Source of the DNA: Neoechinorhynchus agilis
Lineage: Eukaryota > Animalia > Acanthocephala
Direction: 5' to 3'
Length of the DNA: 64,000 nt
NCBI GenBank assembly: GCA_051530055.1
Contig: CM121341.1
Location: forward strand, 9,464,784-9,528,783
Shown: piece by piece, positions 59,641-64,000 of the stretch
How the letters are laid out: each line of letters begins with the position of its first letter
Position numbering within the stretch: position 1 is the stretch's first letter
Notes under the pieces: model-generated
Database searches by the model: none
Seen by the model: only the letters and a program-made list of their open reading frames with translations
What the model was told of the DNA's origin: nothing
Position numbers and translations under genes: made by a program

Positions 59641-62600
59641 TTTTTAAAACGTAGGGACTTTCCCCAAATCCCATCTTCGAACGCGTATTTATGGGGCTTA
59701 CTATGACTCTTATTTCTCGTAAGGGGTTAGCAATTCGAAGTTCGCGAAAATCGCAATCAAAAATCGTTGGAAAGTTCTATATAAACTTCGTTTTGGGTGC
59801 TTTAGAATGGAAAAATCTTAATTTCTTAAACCGGTTAACTTTAAAAAACGGAATGAAAAGCTTGAAGCGAAAGGCGGCAAGCGGTCACGGAATGTTTTGT
59901 AAAGGTTCACTTACCATAGGAGCAGAGATTGCTCTCTCGTTACTTTGTTCGGATGCAGAAACTTAGCTCCTGGCCTATCACAATAAAAGATGGCTACCGG
60001 CCATGCCTAAACAATCAGGATTAAACCGTTACCCAATGGGTACTTTCATTCAAAAATGACGGCGTCCACTGGACGATGCACAGCAGAAGTTACTTTCGGT
60101 CAAAAGCTCACTTGATAAATCAATATTGTTCCTGTTCATAAATCTTAAATAGATTCGAGTCGTCAGATATGCCGAGCTTCTGCATTGGTTTCAATTATTC
60201 ACAAAATATATAAAGTTGCGACTTCAACTAAACGAAGGATTTCGTACAATATTGAAAGTAACTACCTAAAGGATTATTGTAACGAAATTATTCATTATAG
60301 TTTTAGTTTCAATGATAATCAAACATCGCTAATTGAAACTAAAGGATTATTATCGATTGTTGGGTGGCACTCATTTCGAAGGTCATCGATCTTCCTGACA
60401 TGCTCCAATCAGTTATCACTGACCCAATTCCTCCCTCTTGAGGAGGTCCAACTCCTTTGAGGCCGAGGATTCCAAATTTGTCAAAAATATAGTCGAAGAT
60501 CAATCCTTTCATATAAATTCTGCAATTGCGTTCTTTATTCGTGGTTCAAAATCGAAGGTCCGGAAAATCTCCACGAAGCCCGTCGCAGGCTTGAAGTTTA
60601 TCATAAGCTTCAATAAACTAAGGTAATGGTAGAGAGTTTTCGCTTGTTACAGTTCCTGGCATCTCCATTTTTTATTCCAAGGATCTAAATGTGCATGTAA
60701 TCTTTCTCAATTTTCCGATTTCGTTTCTTTTATTGCAGAATCTTTTAGTTCCTCTTCTTAGGCTTCCATCTCAATTTTTCGCTCTTCGTTTTAGCATTGA
60801 CTTTATTGTCGGTGACTTTAATGATCCTTCAATGAAATGGACCAAAGTCATAAACAAAGAATTATCATCCCTTTTTAGACCTTATTATTCTTATGAAGTG
60901 TCTTAATTTACTACGCTTTTGAGAATTATTATTCTCAAAAGAGTCTTAATTTACTACCTGAAGTTGACTGGCAACTATTTCTTTTTCACTTGGCTGGTCA
61001 TGATGCTTTAACCTGGTCCATTGGACTTGTGGACACTTTAGGCCGAGTTCTGCATTCGTCTCCTCGTAACGTTTCTCCCTTCCGATCTATGAACCAGTCT
61101 TTTATCCAGGAATTATTTTTGTCCCAATCCCATTTATGCCCTCCCGCAAATCAGTAATGTCATTAATACGGCGTCTAATTTATTTCTTTGTCAGCCTGTA
61201 ATGATTTTTTCTAATCCCCATGAAAGTAGGTAATCGCGTTTTCTTGGCCATCGGCTGTATCCTGCCAAACACTTTGGCGATGCACTTATCGTAAAAGTAC
61301 TTTCTCGGCGCTTCTGGGAATCTCGTGGTCGACAACAGCATTAAAAATTTATTATTTTGAAATCTACAGCAGATTGTTTTATAGGAGAACAATCCGATCC
61401 GAATTTTATCGAGCAGATTTACCTTCGTAATTGCTGACATGTAATCGTCATCTAAGTCCTAGAATTTATGAAACGAGTATCCTTGCTGCCAACGTCATGT
61501 GAGCACAGTTGTATGAGCTTAATTGCCATTTTCTTAAAAGATAAACCAAAGGTTTGTACTTAAACTTCTACAAAATATTAGAAGGTATATCGCTTGCATT
61601 TATATTCTAGGTTTTGTCTAATATTATGAAAGGTAAACATCTCAATAGTGAAAATGACGATTTTTCAATACTGATTGCATTTTATACGAGCGATGAAAAA
61701 GTCAACATGCACTTAGATTTCATAAACGTTCGATGCTCTTAACGATACTCACTTTTCCTGTGAAGCAAGCCTTCTATTTTTGTTTCGGAATTGAAATTTT
61801 CTCATTGGCTCTTGCAATTCGACAATAAAGAATTTTTCGTCGAAGAATGAAGCTCTTAAAGCTGCAAACCCAGTGGATAAATACGTGTTGATTTTGGAGC
61901 ATTTCTCGGCTAATTTTGAAGTTTTTTACGTTTATTATAAAAGTATTTTTAAAGTACCCAAGCTTAAAGTAGGACTCACAACTTAAGATCTTGCGAATAT
62001 TGCTGTAGTCTTTTTTTAATAAACAATCTTTAACACAATTATCAAATACATTTGCAGAAGTTGGTACTCGTCCAGGGTTAATTCGATAGTTTGAATCAGT
62101 GGAATATTAGAGGAAATGCACCTGAGTTTCTATGAATTATAGAGCGTATCTTGAGGAGAACCGTTTGGCAGAATCTCGCTGATTGGTGTTTGCAAGCACG
62201 ATAATATGTTTGGAATGATGGTTTGTTTGATCTAGATGATTCAAACCAAAAAACATCGCACTACTTCGAATGTTACGAAAACCTTGAAAAGATATCCAAT
62301 TTACGACGCGATTTCAGCAAAGACGTGCAGTGTTGTGTGCGCTTGCAAACCTACTGATTCGGAGCAAAACGTTTTTTGAAATTATGAACTGTTTCCGGCA
62401 TTGTCTATGCCTACAATGCGCTCGTTCGTGGTTTGAGGAGGAAGATAAATATAGTTGCCCAATTTGTCGACGAATCCCGGATTCCATATTCCACAGAGGC
62501 ATTGCATGATACCGTTGTGGCAAGTCAAAAAGTTGAAAATAAAATAGATGAAGAAGCCTTGGAGGTGATAAAAGCTGCCATGGCTAAAAGTAAATACGTT

Positions 62601-63085
62601 TAATTGCAATCGGATGTTCCAAAGTTAGACAAATTTTTTGCGATGAGCGAAATCCCTTCGTTCCCTCTATTTCGGAACTTCTTCTGATTGGTGTATAAGT
62701 TGAGTGTTTAGCGTCAAGTAGCGCAAAATCAGAATTTTTGTCCTATCTGAATCAAAATAAAAAGTTTGAAAACGTTGACGATATTCTAATACCAACTTAT
62801 GGTAACAGTTTTGAAAAAGTTAAACTTGGATGTTTAAATGTTGAGCAGGTTGACGCAATCTTATCATAAGTTTGGGAAGGACATTCAGCACATTGCGGCA
62901 AAACCGGACACATTTTAAATCGTATCTCACTTGCCCGAAAAACAATTCGATTTCTCAATGTCTTACGCTCGTAATTTGATTTATACAATTTAAAGAGCGC
63001 GTTTTGTCGACAACAACGCAATAAAATGTTTAACCATCGATCACGTTATTGCACTAAAAAGTATTTAAATCGATTAGTAAATTCG

Positions 63086-64000
63086 CCTTTCGTCACATTT
63101 GAAAAATGTTGTTTTATATTGATTTATATTTTTATATATCGATTAGTGACATAAGGAATTGTTAGTAAACATATTGGTGTGTGTGGTGCCGAGACTGGCG
63201 GTTGTGACTTAATAAAAACCAGTTATTGAAATCCATGGAGAACACAACAATTGGCGACGAGAGTAAAGCGGATATGGCAAAAGAATTGATGCAGATGTAA
63301 AGGGAAGAACAATCACGGAAGCTTTTCTTGAATCGTATGAGGGGAGTCAACCGATAGCGAAGAAAATTCTAAAGGAAAAGTTTTGTCTTGACCAAGACTT
63401 TGTGGTGGCATTTGAAGAATGGTGCCAGCAGACAGGCGCTAACCATGTTCCCGTGAATGGCCTCAGACAGTCGATCTGAGACAGACCTCTCGCCGCGAGA
63501 GCTTACAGCTCTCTACTTTCACGACAAACGAGACCGTGTCGCCCGAAATCATCAACCAAAGACGGGAGACCAAGTCTTTAGGACTGCGATCATCGTTACC
63601 TCATCAGTGGAAGAGCTCCCACAGATGCCAGGGGAACAGTCTCCAACCACGCCCCGATTATGCCAGTGCGTTCTTTATCAGAAATAACGCTTCGTGAGCC
63701 GAGAGAGCGCTCACCCTATCGCACAGGAACGAAAGTTTCGGTATGATACGGCCGATCTCAGCTTCCACATTTGAATCAAAGATGCAACTACCCAGGAGCT
63801 GAGTTGCTCTGGAGTCACGAGTTTCAGACCTGGAGCTACGGCCTCGAACCCATACATCAGATCCTTGACTTTGGAGGTGTCCTCGATATTAAATACTAGG
63901 CGCTCACACTTTCCAGCATTAAGATCAACGCCCAATGTCGCAGTCTTCGTTATCAGCGTCTCCAAATCGCTCAGTACAACGGAGGGATCACCTCCGAGCG
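63086..64000 (+). repeat. Direct duplicate of 44651-~45545 (143 bp LTR 63107-63249, PBS 63252, Gypsy remnant, CRE RT); runs off the window
   Basis: High identity to 44651 onward, including the same Gypsy/CRE juxtaposition. Confidence 0.92.

Noticed and set aside
60790-60850. IVGDFNDPSMKW AP-endonuclease motif
   Set aside because: Probably a tiny LINE remnant, but too short and isolated to annotate.

Overview
Eukaryotic, AT-rich DNA dense in transposon fragments. It most likely comes from a fast-evolving, compact-intron animal: Ig-like and SLC17 remnants are present and GT-AG introns are about 41-51 nt, but the species cannot be identified from this window. Most of the sequence is a patchwork of broken retroelements and DNA elements: two Penelope families (one with hammerhead-ribozyme pLTRs), RTE, CR1/L2-like, CRE-clade RLE, Gypsy, Merlin/ISXO2 and a MITE. 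There are also two satellites (~143 bp and ~308 bp). A few very divergent host genes are embedded: a TBP/TRF2-like protein with a C-terminal Q/N/Y-rich tail, a 4-exon TFIIA large-subunit-like gene, eL40 fused to a degenerate non-ubiquitin leader, a ZNHIT1-like gene, an R-rich protein with a UAP56-binding-like motif, an SH3 (possibly RhoGEF) gene and a long coiled-coil gene. SLC17 and TGS1 pseudogenes are also present. The dominant structure is inverted duplication: a ~13.9 kb palindrome (39657-53516) whose outer ends are outward-facing Penelope 3' ends, a rearranged inverted copy of 1.4-10 kb at 19.4-27.3 kb, and a small one at 54-56 kb. Each leaves a longer copy plus an inverted, truncated copy of host genes. 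All homology calls are by-eye motif recognition; no searches were run.
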